The translations under genes and the position numbers were made by a program. The notes beneath the pieces are model-generated. The model did not search any database. It had not been told where the DNA came from and worked only from the letters and a program-made list of their open reading frames with translations. A stretch of 54,835 bases of DNA, the filler included, from Sluysia triapertura (lineage: Eukaryota), in NCBI GenBank assembly GCA_046118255.1. It is 4 parts of 4 records of this genome, joined end to end, with 100 filler letters (N's around TTAATTAATTAA, not from the genome) between each part and the next. Parts side by side here need not be neighbours in the genome. Positions count along the whole stretch, not along the records: positions 1 to 17,216 come from JBJNIA010190607.1; 3 more parts are not named here. One strand, written 5' to 3'. Shown here one piece after another: positions 1-13,879 of this stretch (positions are counted from its first letter, which is position 1; every line of letters begins with the position of its first letter).

Positions 1-439
1 CGATTGACGTAGGCGAACCCAAAGTATAAACTTAAAATTTTTCATAATTGTTCAGGTAGTAGTAAAACCGAACAATACTATCTATTTAAATTATTAAGGC
101 TTAAAACGATCAAGATAATAATAGTGAGTCTTAGTAATTCACAAGCTTCAAAGACGCAACATGCATATAATTGTTCTATCAAAATGCCTTTTTGGAGATA
201 ACCAATATCAACTGAAGCACTTTATTCAATCCATATAGAAACAGTTTTATGAACAGTATTCGACGGCTTTATAATGCATTTCGAATATGCCGTAATACAT
301 TCAAGTAATTTATATAAATAAATGTTTATTTGATGACCAAAAAGCTGCCACTTTTTTTAGCAAACTCCCTATTAGATGCGCATAAACATACGATTAGCAA
401 ATTTAGTGTCTACAAACACAATTCATTAGATAAACATGA

Positions 440-706
440 CCTACTTTTATCTGTTTAATCATCTCGAACTTCTGAATATTGTTCATTTTGTGATTCAGCC
501 GTATAAACAAAGATTTTGATTCGTTCGCAGCATCTTTAGGATAGAAATATGTCCAATCGAATCCATAACCACCATTAATTTGCTAAGTGTTCCAAAAATT
601 CCTTAATCTGCTTTAAATTCGTCATTCGATAAGCAACACCTCGTACAATTTCATTTTCTTTAACACTGATAGGCGACCAAGCTCTTTTATTAAACGTGAA
701 ATTCAT
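440..706 (-). pseudogene. ChaC-like glutathione-specific gamma-glutamylcyclotransferase fragment, frameshifted
   Basis: Manual minus-strand translation over three frames gives EIVRGVAYRMTNLKQIKEFLEHLAN / GGYGFDWTYFYPKD / VYTAESQNEQY. This matches the ChaC motif order (WGVAY...L..RE..GGY.....FYP.D...Y....N..Y). The RE motif is lost at a frameshift. Confidence 0.5.
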
Positions 707-1119
707 TTTCTTCAATACAAACAAACCTAATACAAACGCTGACAAAATATACGTTTATGTCCTTTAATAATAACCAATTTTACAATTACAATATGAAAAA
801 CCCTGTTTCCAAATTAATGAAGCATAACCGAAAATATAAATATGATTGTGTCATTTCACTGCTCAATCTATATGCATTTAACTAGAAAAACAACTTATGA
901 TTCTAAATTAGTTCTCTTAGTGACAAAACAAAGTTAAATATTATTGTAACATTTAATATGATTAAATACTTCAATTTGTTTTTCTTAAAATTAAATAATT
1001 TAAAATTTTTTCGCCTAATTATTTACAAATTTACTAAACACTTAAATGTAAATAAAATAGAATAAATAATATTAAATAATATTGCATAATAATGCCGATT
1101 GATTTATTAATACTCTAAG

Positions 1120-1536
1120 ATGATCTACTTAAATTTTTTATACAAATGGATTGTTTTATATTTTCTTTCAAGTGACTTGACGTCAGTGTTATTAAAAAAT
1201 GGTTTGTATTTTAATCAAAAATTTTTTCAAATGTGGATTAATTTAAGTATCAATTTAGATGTAATAGATTTGTATAGTCAATTTAAGGTATTTAAATATG
1301 TTGATCGTTACTATAAAAATTATTCACTAACACTCAAAATAGTAACTTTTCCAGGATATACACTCGAAACTGTTCATGTTACCATTAATAATAAGAAAAC
1401 GTTATTATTTAATTTATCAGTTTTTACTATTACAGATCTTTTTTACAATACAAAGTATGTAATGTACATAGAAACTAATGCTGGCACTGATTTACCCTTG
1501 TATGAGACCATTACTCATTTGGAAATGTGTAGTTAG
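1120..1536 (+). CDS. Putative secreted protein with a divergent fibronectin type III-like domain; possible in-frame 57-bp intron at 1202-1258
   Basis: 138-aa ORF with a hydrophobic N-terminus. FTITDLFYNTKYVMYI resembles the FN3 'xTIxxLxPxTxYxVxV' motif. It aligns nearly ungapped with the 11341-11620 ORF. GT..AG at 1202/1258 preserves frame. Confidence 0.45.
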   Translation: MIYLNFLYKWIVLYFLSSDLTSVLLKNGLYFNQKFFQMWINLSINLDVIDLYSQFKVFKYVDRYYKNYSLTLKIVTFPGYTLETVHVTINNKKTLLFNLSVFTITDLFYNTKYVMYIETNAGTDLPLYETITHLEMCS

Positions 1537-4500
1537 CGTATTTTATAAATAGAAATTTTATTTTCAAAGTTAAATCTTATATAATGTTAATATTGTCAAA
1601 TTAAACTAAATGAATAGTACTAATCAATTTAAGTAAACTATTTATTTAAACAAACTGCTTCCTTTGGTTATCAAAAAGCTACTAAATTCAATTTTTTTCA
1701 AATTTATTATTTTTATTATAACGTAAAAGTATTACACAATGTAACAGAATTGTAATAAATTTTAGTAAACCTTGTGTGTTTAATACTTAAATCAAAATAA
1801 ATGTTGATTTATTTTTTCTGTAATCTTTGTTAACTTTATTTATTAAGGGTATTTTTTACTTATACTATTAATGTCAAAAGTATTCGCAAACTTTATAAAA
1901 TCTAAGTATTAAATCAAATTATAACTTAAAACCCAAATGATGATGAATAACTTTTAAACCTCAATTTAATTTAGCATATTGTCACTAATTCTTTTAATTT
2001 GTTTCTGTTATGAGAAACGGAAGTCCGGAGTTTACAGTTTTACATTTTCAAATCTTTTAAAGCTTCAATTTACTTTACTCAATAACGAAAATTTATCTCA
2101 CTAAGATGTATTTACTAACAATTACAAAAAAGGCGTAAATAATATTTTATTAAACAGAAAACCAAACGTAATTGTTTACACTAAAATTTAAATAAATTTC
2201 TGTTAACTTTATTTAAGTATTGTACTTTCATCACAATTATTTTATTTTTATTCAATCAACAATGTAATTAAACTTCTCGATGAATAAATGTTTCAAATAT
2301 TTAGTCAAGGTTGCATAAATAAATAATGTAATTAAAATTCTTGATAAATTAATAAAATATTTTTTCTCATAAATGCTAATAACAATTGTTTTTACCAGAT
2401 GAATACCAGATACCACTTTTCAATACACATTTTGTCCAATGCCCTAATATAATTCTAATAGTACAAGCGAATTTTCTATTATTAACTTTTAATTTTAATT
2501 ATTAACTTTCACTGTAAACCCTATTTTATATTGTTTTCACTGCTACTATACTATGGTCAACTATTTTTTGAATTTCACTTTATAATAGCTTTCATTTAAT
2601 TAAGTTCTTCCTAAGGTTAGTTCCATTAAGCCAAAATTCATTCCGTAGTTACTAATATGCACATGATCTTATTCTACATATTTTTATGATTATATGGTTG
2701 TCAAGGTAGAACTGAGACGTTTTAAATTATCAATAATAAAATAAAACATGAATTTATTTTGAAATTAAATTTAATAAAATTGGGAAATAATAAAACAGAA
2801 ATTATAATAAATTTTCTAATAAAATTCTAAAATAGTAATAAAATGGTAGTTAAAACGCGAATAAGTAAAAATAGAGCAGCAATACAGACTGACAAAAGGG
2901 ATTGATACAAAAAGTAATACTGAAAATCGCATTTAAAAAAGGTTATGCAAAAAAGGTATGAATTGTGAATTTTTGTCAGACAACAATAGCAAAAACGTAT
3001 GTTTAACTTACAAAAACTTTAAAAATTAGCTACTAATTGCTAATTATTATAATTCTATCGCCAGGCAAGGATAAATGCGATTATTCTACATTTCGAATTT
3101 TCTTAATTCTTTTTCGACATCCAATATCCAGTTATCCCACCACATTGTGTTATAATTCCTATCTTATTTTGAGGATTTGAATCCAATTCATTTTTAATGT
3201 AAAGTTTGATTTTACAAGTTTTCCCCTTAATTAATTTAAGGGTCAAAATCCGATTAAAATCATTTATAAACTTGACGCTAGCATAAGGCTAGTAATAAAA
3301 TATTTTTTAAAATATCTAGACGAAATCATACTATAATGAAATAAATTGCATATATTTTTAGATATTTTTCTATCATAAAATTTGTTCATGGTATGCTTTA
3401 TTGTTATGAACAAACACATAACACATTATTATTTGTCGTATAGTTTGTAATACAACTAATTACTATTTCATTATTAGAGAAGAATCATTAAGGAAAAGTA
3501 AATTATTAATTGCTTTTATAGCAAAGAGCAGCAAGAAAAGTCACTGTTATTTTATTTGCTGTAAAGATTATAAGGGGTTACCATTTTTATATAAAAAGAT
3601 TAAATCGAACATTTGCAAAGGAATACATGCTTAAAATAATCCTAGTTCCAAAGAATATAAAGGAAGATATTGATAATTTACATTTAGTCAAAACAATCGT
3701 CTTCATAGTTGTAACAGACCTTACAGCACTTTAAAAGATAATTTATTAGGAAGAAAATCCTATAGAACGCCTTCCATTTGGATATAAACTCTTTACCAGA
3801 GGCTTACCTTAAACTAAGTTAACTTTATTGTGAAATCAGTTCTTTAAAGAAAACATTTGCATGACTAATTTCTTCGATATAATAGTTAATTTCATTCTAC
3901 ATTATAATTTTGGTTACAAATTATTTGCATCCCTTTCGTATTTATTCATCTGTGCGTGTTAGAGTTTATTTATATTATAATTTTCATTTATATTTTATTA
4001 ACATTAGATATTTCGGTTCCTACTGTGTTTGCGTTTATCTAGAGCTTTTCCTTTTAGTTTATTAAGTGTCGCAGGTTCCATTCCCCAAACTTATCATTAT
4101 TTTTTGTTTTTCTTTATGTATTTTTCTGTGGTGGTCAAACTCATTACATCTAACTTTATTACAAAATCAGCCCAAGACAAAATTCTAACTAATTTAAAAA
4201 ACAAAAATCCCAGTTAAACCACTTAATTCTTAAATAGTCCATTGTTTTTTAAATTTTATACCGTAAAACCTTCACAATTAATCAACTCATAACATCATTC
4301 AATCAAGCATTTTAAACCTTAACCACCTAACAGTTACCTTAAAATTAACAAATTCAGCTTACAAATCAACTGCAAACTCAAACAATCCATATAACGTATA
4401 GCAAGAGTACAAAATAACTCATTGAATCCACTTCAGATGCACCCATTTCTAGAATACCGAACAACAATATTTCACAGAAGAAAAACCACATCTTACAATA

Positions 4501-4566
4501 CCAAATTCATTTCACAGACTCATCCTACAGATCATTTAGAACTCAAATAAATTATAATTACAGAAT

Positions 4567-4725
4567 TGTTAGACTTCATAAAATGGACTGACTGGGGATC
4601 GAACTCGGGACCTCTATCTACGCAGTTCGATGCTCTACCACTGAGATATCAGCCCCGTCTAACAATTTTATTTTATTATAGTCAATTTTACCAAATGGCA
4701 CTTTAGGACTTTTTTTACCCCAACA
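4567..4725 (-). mobile_element. 159-bp TGTT..AACA element (solo-LTR/TRIM-like or MITE) carrying a tRNA-derived sequence; 4-bp TSD GAAT
   Basis: Starts TGTTAGAC and ends CCCAACA, with GAAT on both sides (4563-4566, 4726-4729). Absent from the paralogous site near 12600-12620. Second copy at 36386-36543. Confidence 0.85.
4584..4655 (-). tRNA. tRNA-Ala-derived pseudo-tRNA inside the mobile element
   Basis: Reverse complement GGGCTGATATCTCAGTGGTAGAGC...GGTCCCGAGTTCGATCCCCAGTCAGTCCA shows A and B boxes and an acceptor stem GGGCTGA/TCAGTCC with a G3:U70 pair. The anticodon arm is degenerate. Confidence 0.7.
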
Positions 4726-5360
4726 GAATATTAAAATATCACCACAACAAAATGCAGCAAATTTACTTCGTATTACGTGGCTAGAAATCACTAAATAATG
4801 CAGTAATAATAGTACTCACACGATTTATAACATTATCCTTTAAAAACTCTTTCCCCAGATATCCAGATCAGAAACGCAAATACCAAATGATATGTAAAGT
4901 TATGCAAAGATCCTGTAAGAAGAATTAAAGATTAAGCACAAGGAGTGTATTCAAATTTATCAAATTAAATCATATTTTTCTTAGTCAAGTAATATATTCT
5001 AGACTCCAGAAATAATTAAATTATTATGTTTTGTGTATGCAATATCGCGTGGAATTCGAAGATTCAAAAGAAAGGCAAAAAAAATTTTAAAGTTATAAAG
5101 AAATAGAGAAGAAATATAAATAATTTTAATACATAAAACACTAAGCAAATACTTAAACATTACAACACGCAAAGGTCGCCAAATAACTCTTCATACTCCT
5201 GCACCTTATACCTTATATCCTTGACCATACATATATGTTTTTGCATACAAGTTCGTCTTAGAAGTGACGATTTTTAAAGTTAAAGAATTAATTAATTAGA
5301 ATTTAAAGATTAAAATAGTTCAAAATCAAGATTTTCAGTTTTACTATAAATAATAATAGT

Positions 5361-5361
<1 letters not shown>

Positions 5362-5422
<61 letters not shown>

Positions 5423-5428
5423 TGATGC
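5362..5428. repeat. (AAT)n microsatellite
   Basis: Perfect AAT run ending in GAT units. Confidence 0.95.
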
Positions 5429-8400
5429 TGAACATAGTAATAACACTGCCAAGTGACGCAATAACTGTTGTACTATGAAATAGTTTATTAAGTAACGCAT
5501 CTGGGATGTAAAATTTTTATGAAAATTCAAGACATAAAATCAAGATATCATTGTTTTAAAAAGCAGTCAGAAAATGCGTTTAGCGTGTATGCAAAATATT
5601 AAAATCTCCTAACAATCATAATAGTTGATTTTAATAACAAAACTAAGATTATTAATTCGAAAATGACGAATGAATAAACATGAAACAGATGATGTATTCC
5701 CCGCAAAAATTGCGAATTTAGCTCAGGGAAATAATTTGATGTATGTAAATCGCTGTATAAAGCCGGCGCACAAACGAATTCTCGCCTTGAAGCACGATGT
5801 AAAATTAATGGATCAATTATTGCACTATCTAGAATAAGTGAACACTTAAGAATGATGATAATCTATTTTGTGTTTATCAAAGTAGACAAATGGTACAATT
5901 CATCGAACTTGGTAAAGTGATGCATGTGTTTCGATTAATAATTGTAAATTTGATTCCTGTGGTGCACCGAAACGTAAAAGTAAAGAAGACGTTATGTTAG
6001 AAATGCAGAATATTAAGATACGCTACGCCCCTTTATCTGGCGTTGTATTTATTTAAGGCATTTCAATCTTCACGATGGAGATAATAAAATCTAAGTAAAT
6101 TGTTTTTAGTAATTTTTAAATACCCGATCTAAATTTTAAATTGAAATCTGTCAGGAAAAAGATTAATGATCTATTACGATTTTAACCCTAAAATATTAAA
6201 TTGTCAATTTTCTTATCTTCATATATTATAGATTTTAATGTTAGTATTTGCTAATATATTCTTTAATTTTTTTTACAGTGTCTTAATTTATTTTTGATAC
6301 AAATTAAAATTAGAAGAGCATAATAATGTTAGTAGTACAATTATAATACTAAACAGGTTCGCCTGTGATATACGATTTATATCCCAAGGAAGACGTATTC
6401 ACATGATGTCAAAAACTTTCTTCGTAAAGAGGTCTTATTGCACGTAAACTTTTAATCTTAATCTGAAAGTCTCTTCGATAATTTTCTAAACTACAATTCA
6501 CGTTTCTAATTATTCGAACAAAATTATTAGTTAAATTAATATTCTTACAGTTAATTTATCGTTACAAATCTTATTTTTCTTAAAAGAAATTACGTTACTT
6601 TATTATGGTTTAACTACAATTAAGTTATCTTTGCTAAACTTTATTACGATGCTTTGCTATCTTTAATAAATATAGAACTCACTAAGAAACAACGTTATTT
6701 ATTACGAAGTAATCAAATATAAACAAAAAAATTTTAAACAATGATATATAATATAACAAATAATAAATAAGATAGAGGATCTCTCCATGTATTATAAAAA
6801 TGTTTTTACAATAGACTTTAATCCAAGCGAATGCTTGGCTGGAATTTAAGATATTTTAAGTATATTTTGAAGCAGTCTTAATTGAAGCTTATAACTTACA
6901 AATAACCAGCTTACTTATTCATTGACTATTAAAAGAATTGTCCAAGTATATGCATGTACAGAATGAGACGAGTTAATATTTGTCAGTTCTCTCATTTTTT
7001 ATGTGCAAAGTGTTTAGTTTTATTTTTTTAATTTATATGTGCTTTTATTCCTTTTAAGTTTACCGAAATAAAATTATTTGATAAAAATAATCAACATTTT
7101 TCTTTAGATTACAAATGCATTTTTCTGTAAATAACCGACATCCTTTAGATTATTCTGTAATTTATCAATTTATTTAAGTAAACTATTTATATTCTAAATT
7201 ATTTACATTTGTTAATAATTAAACTATCTAAATTAAATTATTTACTTTTATTAAAAAATTATTAAATTACTATTTAAATATATTTACATTCATGATTATT
7301 TACAAATTTCATTTATTTAATTGATTGATTATTTACAATAATATAAAATTCAGCTTTTAAAGTTAAGTGATGGAGTTAGAAATCATTCGAAAAACATAAC
7401 GAATTGGAGTGACTACAATTATAAAACAAATACAGAAAGTTTAATTAACGAATTTTCAGTCATTCTACATCTAATTTTGCGTTAAGATTTGCTTAGATAT
7501 AGTTACAATAACGCCATCTTGACGACACAAGACGTTTACTGTAAACTGACACCTCTTAATTTCTATTTTGTAGTAGGTTAAGTGTTAAGTAAAGCCACAA
7601 CACATTGTAGAATCACATCTTAATCTCGAAGTATGAAACTTGCATGCATTATATCTCGTAGAATCATATCTAGTAGCATGCATTATTTTCTAAAACAAAA
7701 TGTGTGTAATTAAAAATATTAATTTATCGTTTGAAAATTTTATTTTATTGTCATTAAAATGTCTCTTAAAAATAATTTTATTTACCTTAGAAAAAATTTA
7801 TTTAAAGCTATTTTTATATTATTGTGAATTATTATTAATTTGAGACGTTTATCAATTGAATTTTTTAAACCAGAATCCATAAATCGTGAAGATGAATTCA
7901 TAATTCACTCACTTGTAGAGATGAAAGTGCAAAATGTATCTTATTTAAAGTCTTAATTTTCTAAGCTCAAAATTAATTAATGCATATAATATATTTTACA
8001 GTAAAAATAAAGTAAACTGTTAACAAAAATTATTAAAATATGACGAAGAGACCATAAGTAATTTTAATTTAATTTGTATTAATAATTTTAGATATTGTAT
8101 TTTATTTATTTAATAATATTCAAAAAATCAATTTTCAATCGACTTAAATTTCTGCATATTTGCACATTTGCGTAACCATTTTGATTATCAAAAGAAACCC
8201 AATAATTTCACTTTAAGTTCCTGTCAATTAACAAATTGATCGATAATAAGAGTATGATAATTGAATTAAAGCAAACACTATAACACATTGTGCTATAATA
8301 ACTGTGTTTTGACAGTGGAAAACTATATAAAATTATATTGCGGTCAATAATATTTATAATTCCACTCTAAATGTTTTTATAATTAAGTTTAATTACTGAA

Positions 8401-9189
8401 CCAATCAAATAAATAATTTTAGTATATGTATTTTAGTAATACTATACCAATTTCTTTTATATATTACAAAATGGTTTGTTATAGTGTTGATTTGGCCTTG
8501 TTTATTGTGTACTTATTAGTAGTTTTATTAGTTTGTATTTGTTTATCAGCTCATATTCATATTTTATTTCCCACTTTTATTAAAGTAGTGCGTTTCAATT
8601 TATTACGTTCTTTTAATTGTGGTGATTCCCATTCTATATGCTTGATCTATTTTTGTTTTTTGTTTTCATTGTGGATTTAGTACGTATTGCCCTCTTGATT
8701 TTAAATTTTAAGCTTTTAGTTTATAAATTTTTAATTAAATCATTTCAAAATTATCCCTTAAATTTATAATTATTTAAATTTAGATAAGTTTTTTCTCCCA
8801 AATATGTATTATTATTTCTAAAAAACGTTACTTATAAAACACTTTTTACTAGATTTAAAAATTTTGTACATTAAACTTACTAACAAGTTTGATAATAAAC
8901 TAATTTAATGTATTAACTGATTTTTCACATTTGGAAATAAAAAAACAACAAAACAATTCAAAAATTGTTTTTATTAAAATATTTTTCTTTTTCATACGAC
9001 ACAGTCGAACAATTAAAAAAATACAATTTTCAAAAGGTAAAAATAAGAATTAAAGAAATTTTAAATTTAATATAGTAAATTATAAACATAAGTTACTCAC
9101 AATACGACTGTTGATTTAAGTGATGCGTGCATCTGAACTGTTATTCAAAATCCATTGATATGTTAGTTGATACACATAAATCATAAATT

Positions 9190-9530
9190 TCCGAAACAAT
9201 AAAAATATTTTCCGAAAGGAAAATATAATTTACTAAAAAAGAAAAAAGCTTTCTAGGAAGTTCTAGAATTCTAATTGATTTTGATTGGACATCAGTTGAA
9301 AATCAATTCACAATTTAATATTACAATTTTTTGAATTACACTTTGATTTTATGCATGGTTCACTTATTATTATTGCATGATTTGGACGGCCATTTTGAAA
9401 TTCATTTAATTATAAAAATGAATTAGTAAGTTTTTCAATATTAAAGTAGTTCTGTTCGCAATAGTGAAACAGTAAATTCCAAGTAAAAAATCTTTTTAAT
9501 ATTTTTACATCCCGATTTACTGAGGGGTAA
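9190..9530 (-). repeat. Inverted, diverged copy of the interior of the 13880-14730 MITE
   Basis: Reverse complement of 9190-9290 (CCAATCAAAATC..TAGAAC..CTAGAA..GCTTTT..GGAAAATA) matches 14552-14645. Reverse complement ACCCCTCAGTAAATCGGGA matches AACCCTCAATATATCGGGG at 14271. Confidence 0.6.
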
Positions 9531-11340
9531 AATTATTTTTTAAATTTCAAGGTTTTGATTTTTGTCTAATTGATCTTTACATTTTGTCTATATTGTAGCT
9601 CGTCTATATTTTTGTTATATTTACTCATTTTATACGATTTTTATTTAATAAACATTAGTAAAAGCTAGTTTACGAATTAAAGAATAGACCCTCTGTTAAA
9701 TACATAACCTACTTATTAAAGGCAAAGTAAATTTGAATTACTTTGCATAAATTTAACGAGACATTTAAAAGATTCAAAGATCTAAGGCTAACTTTCAGCT
9801 TTTTCTCTTTTAGTTATAGGTACGCCCTCAACACGTCGTAAATAGGATAATGTAACCGAATGCTTCTAAACTTTATTTTAAGAATAATAAAAACTACAGA
9901 AAATAATTGAAGAATCAAATATTAATATAGGAATATCATTTGTTTATGAAAGGATACCACGGCACTGGGATTTGGAAGATAATGTACGAAAATTCTTCAT
10001 AATTCGTGCTTATTCGTATCATTTCTTATTTCAATGCATTCAGATTTCAGGCATTTATTTAATGCACCATTATGACAATTAAAGCTAATACAAAAAATAA
10101 TATTATTCGAAACGATCCAAATTAATTCAAATAGAATTGACTAAAAGTAAAATGTTATTTACAATGAAAAAAAAGATTCACAATGAATTATCTACAAAAT
10201 ACAATAAAATTAACATCTAAATTTATAAAAACTCGAAAATCATTTAGTATTTGATGAGGTACGTTTTATTATCAAAACCAAGTAGAACGCCTTTATATGT
10301 GCTTTAAATAAACTTTTGACAATAAAACATCCAGTAAATCTGTTTTTAACTATAGGATTTTATTGAATTATTCAATTCAATCTCGAAAATTTAATGGTCA
10401 ATATGGAATAATTTTATATGGTTTGGTGTAACCTCACTTCGAGATGTCTTACCGAATTTTTTAAAAATATCATAAAGCAGACCTCGTATTAAGGTCCAGT
10501 TTCAGGCAATGCTTTTTGACGCGGAATACTATTCATTTTTGTACTCATTTTAAATATAAAAGGTAAATAATGTACAAGTATTAGTATGTAAAATCAATTA
10601 TTAAATAAACAGTGAAATTAAGTTAAACATGATATACTAAATTACATTAAAAACTATAAAAAAAGGATGTTTGTTAATTTGTTAAAATAAATAATGTTTA
10701 ACATTTAAAATAAATAATTTCATTTAGTTTTTAGAATAAATAATTAATTTACATAATTTGTTTGACAGTGATTGTTTTACTTATAAATACAGATGTACTA
10801 AAAAGTTTTTTCAGTTTTATTGTTTTGATCCATTTTTTAATATATAATTTTTAAATGATTTTTGTTCAAAATAATAAATATTACAAAAAATATTATAAAT
10901 ATTAAAAATATTAAACATTTTATTCTTGGAAATTTTAAAGAAACAACTAAATCTGGTATCATTATTTCGAACGTTTTCATGCAATTACTGACATTTAATT
11001 CGTTTATTTTCTATAAGAGCTTATCTGTGCGTCAATCAACTTATAAGATATGAAAGATGTTTAATTGTTTTTATAACGAATTAAGGATTGTACTAGTGCT
11101 GGCAAACGAAAAAATTCGTGTATCGATATATTTTTGCAAACTAGATTCTAAATAATCATTAGTTATTTTTCTAGTACTATAAAGCTAGTTGACATTGTAA
11201 ATTCTTTGTTTTATATATATTATAAATGATTGTCTAATTATTAAATATTCGTAAAACTAATAAATTCAAACAATTAGAAAATTATTATTATAATATGTTA
11301 ATACATTACATGCAAATTAAATTAATAATTATGTACACAG

Positions 11341-11949
11341 AGAAAATTGATGTTGGACGTATAAAACATTATGTAAAAAAAGTTATCGAATATGATAAAT
11401 ATTATACAATAATAATACGAATTATACCAACTTATTGGCTTCCAGAACATTTCATAATAGTAGAGGTTAATAATAAAATATATAAATTTTCAGAAAGAAT
11501 ATTTACATTAACTTATTTCGAATATTGCATAAGTTATGAATTATATGTTCGAATATGTTCATGTTCCGATGAATCAGTGCCTAGATTAATACATGCATTT
11601 ATCGGAAATCATAAGATTCAATTTCACAAATTTTTAAAAAAAATGTTTCCCAGATTGTACTACTAATTCTACTGCTTCTGTTACATTGCCATTTAGAGTT
11701 ATTCAGGTTTATTTTAATACCAATGCAATTTGTACTCTAAGTTATTATTTAAATTATCAAGTATCGAAATTTTTTAATGACGTTGAAGTAGAACATAATC
11801 CAGAAAAAGTGTTAAATCCTAGTCGTCGAGAAATAAACGTAGATTCAGTTGAACCGTGTTATAAAGTGTGTATTAAAGTTAGATTGTGTTATAATATTGA
11901 TTTTTGTACAGACTGGGATACTAAATGTTATTTGAATGCTTTAAGTTAG
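11341..11949 (+). CDS. Tandem FN3-like protein, paralog of 1120-1536; the frame changes near 11620-11645 (frameshift or short intron)
   Basis: Acceptor CAG ends at 11340. Domain 1 aligns with the 1120 ORF (ID, KxVxxYxKxY, VxVNNK, FxxxxFTLT, YxxxYxxY). Domain 2 ends INVDSVEPCYKVCIKVRLCYNIDFCTDW, resembling FN3 strands E-G. Confidence 0.45.
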
Positions 11950-12220
11950 TTTTATGTTTTAACAATAATATATGATTCTATTACGAACCTATAATTAAAT
12001 TAACTAGACATAAAAATAAAGAAATAAATATATAAATCAGCAAAAGTATTTGGAAAGAAAAAAGCTACGTATCGGAAAACATGTTATATACCTATAAAAT
12101 AGTCATGAAAAAAGTGAATACTAACATACACAAATAAAATGCATACTAACACAAATTGGATGTAAATAAACAAATTATAACACAAAAATTAAATATAATC
12201 TTTAAAAATAATAATATAAT

Positions 12221-13030
12221 TGTAGTTCAACTCATTACATCTGCTTTTATTACAAATCAATACGTAACAAACATTTAATTCTCAGTTTAAATCACATAAT
12301 CCTTAAACATGTCACAACCATATTACATTGTGTATCTTAAAACTTTCACAATGAAGCGTCTCAAAACGGCATTCAATCAAACGTTTTAAACTTTAAATAA
12401 CTTAACAGTAACATTACATTAAACAAAATCTGCACACTCAATCAATCTACATGAACACCATATTAAATCAAGAGTACACATAGCTTATTGAATCAACTTC
12501 ATATCCACACGTTTATAGAATACCGAGTAACAGCATTTAACAGAAGAAAAGTCACATTTTACAATACCTAATTAATTTAACAAGCTCATCTAAAACACAA
12601 ATAAATTGTATAAATTATATTAAAACATTACTACCATATAATTCAGTACATACATTTCATATCACACGTTTATAAATTACTAAATAATCTCTTATACATC
12701 ATGCAGCGTACACATTAATACTCATACAATTTACAACATTATTCATTTCAACATTTACACACCAGACAACCAAATAACATCTGAATTTATGCAAAGATCT
12801 TGTAAGAGAATTAAAGATCTGACACAAAAAGTATACTTAAAATTCCCAATTTAAGTCATATATTTCTTAATCATTTCATGCGTTTTATACTTCAGAATTA
12901 ATTATTTTATTATGTTTTATTTATGTGTGGAATTTGGAAGATTCAATAGAAAGACAAAAAACTTTCAAAAGTTATAAAAAATGAAGAGAAATATAAACAC
13001 TCAGCAAAATTTGTAATCATAATCGTATTC
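12221..13030 (+). repeat. Dispersed C/A-skewed repeat copy lacking the tRNA-element insertion
   Basis: Colinear with 4127-5200 and lacks the 159-bp insertion. Confidence 0.8.
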
Positions 13031-13879
13031 AAAGATCACCCATGTCATTCCTCCATTTCTAAATTACAAGTACTTTATATTTATACATGATCTTGGAGTT
13101 TAAATTCAAGAAGATTAAGAAGAGAAATAGAAGAGAAGTTAACTCATTAATCAAATAATTTCATTCTACAGATCACAATTCTTGTACTATTCTCAATATT
13201 TAAATATGTTAAATAGGCAAAAGTTATTATTAAAATAGATAAATGTTATTGTTAAGCAAAAGAGAAGTATGGTTTGCAAAGAAATTTAATTAATCAGAAA
13301 AAACATTTATAATAATAAAAATAATAATTAAATTAATAATCAATAACTAGTTCTGTAATCATTAGTGGTTGCGTAACAATGATTGAACTATTAATAATTT
13401 TGTTATGCAAGTACTAATATTGACGTAATAAGCATTATAATTTATTACTCAAAATGAAGTGGCATAATGAGAAAAAGTGATCGAAAACAATAAAGATGTT
13501 GAAGCACTTCAAGAAATCAGATTGGCTAATATAACAAATTTTGTACCTAATAAAACTCGAGTGGCTAATTACGGCATAATTAGAAGTTAAGATAGCCAGA
13601 TTAACAACGTTATAGTGAAATAAAAATTAATAAGTGACTAAAACTGACACTCGTGGTGGTTCAAACCTATCATTTAAAATTTCATCAAAAACAAATAAAT
13701 ATTAAACATACATAAAATCACATACGGACTTAGCAAACCAACATCAAAACCTCTAAAACCTTGAAATCTTACTAAGGTTTTATGCCTTACTCTATGTTTG
13801 ATTGCAGCTTAACTCATCCTGACAACAGTAACTTAAGAATTAATTATCTTTAGAATCACTTGATAATGCATGTTCATAC

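Larger units (their letters stand above)
4127..5200 (+). repeat. Dispersed C/A-skewed repeat copy (head TGTGGTGGTCAAAC), homologous to 12221-13030
   Basis: Colinear similarity to 12221-13030 (e.g. CTCATTACATC, CATTCAATCAA, TAGAATACCGA, CAGAAGAAAA, ATGCAAAGATC). Interrupted by the 4567-4725 insertion. Confidence 0.8.

Noticed and set aside
4584-4655. Functional tRNA gene (also 36403-36473)
   Set aside because: The anticodon arms are defective and differ between copies, and both lie inside a mobile unit.
5660-6020. Ankyrin-like fragment FDVCKSLYKAGAQTNSR
   Set aside because: Single partial motif with frameshifts; insufficient for a call.
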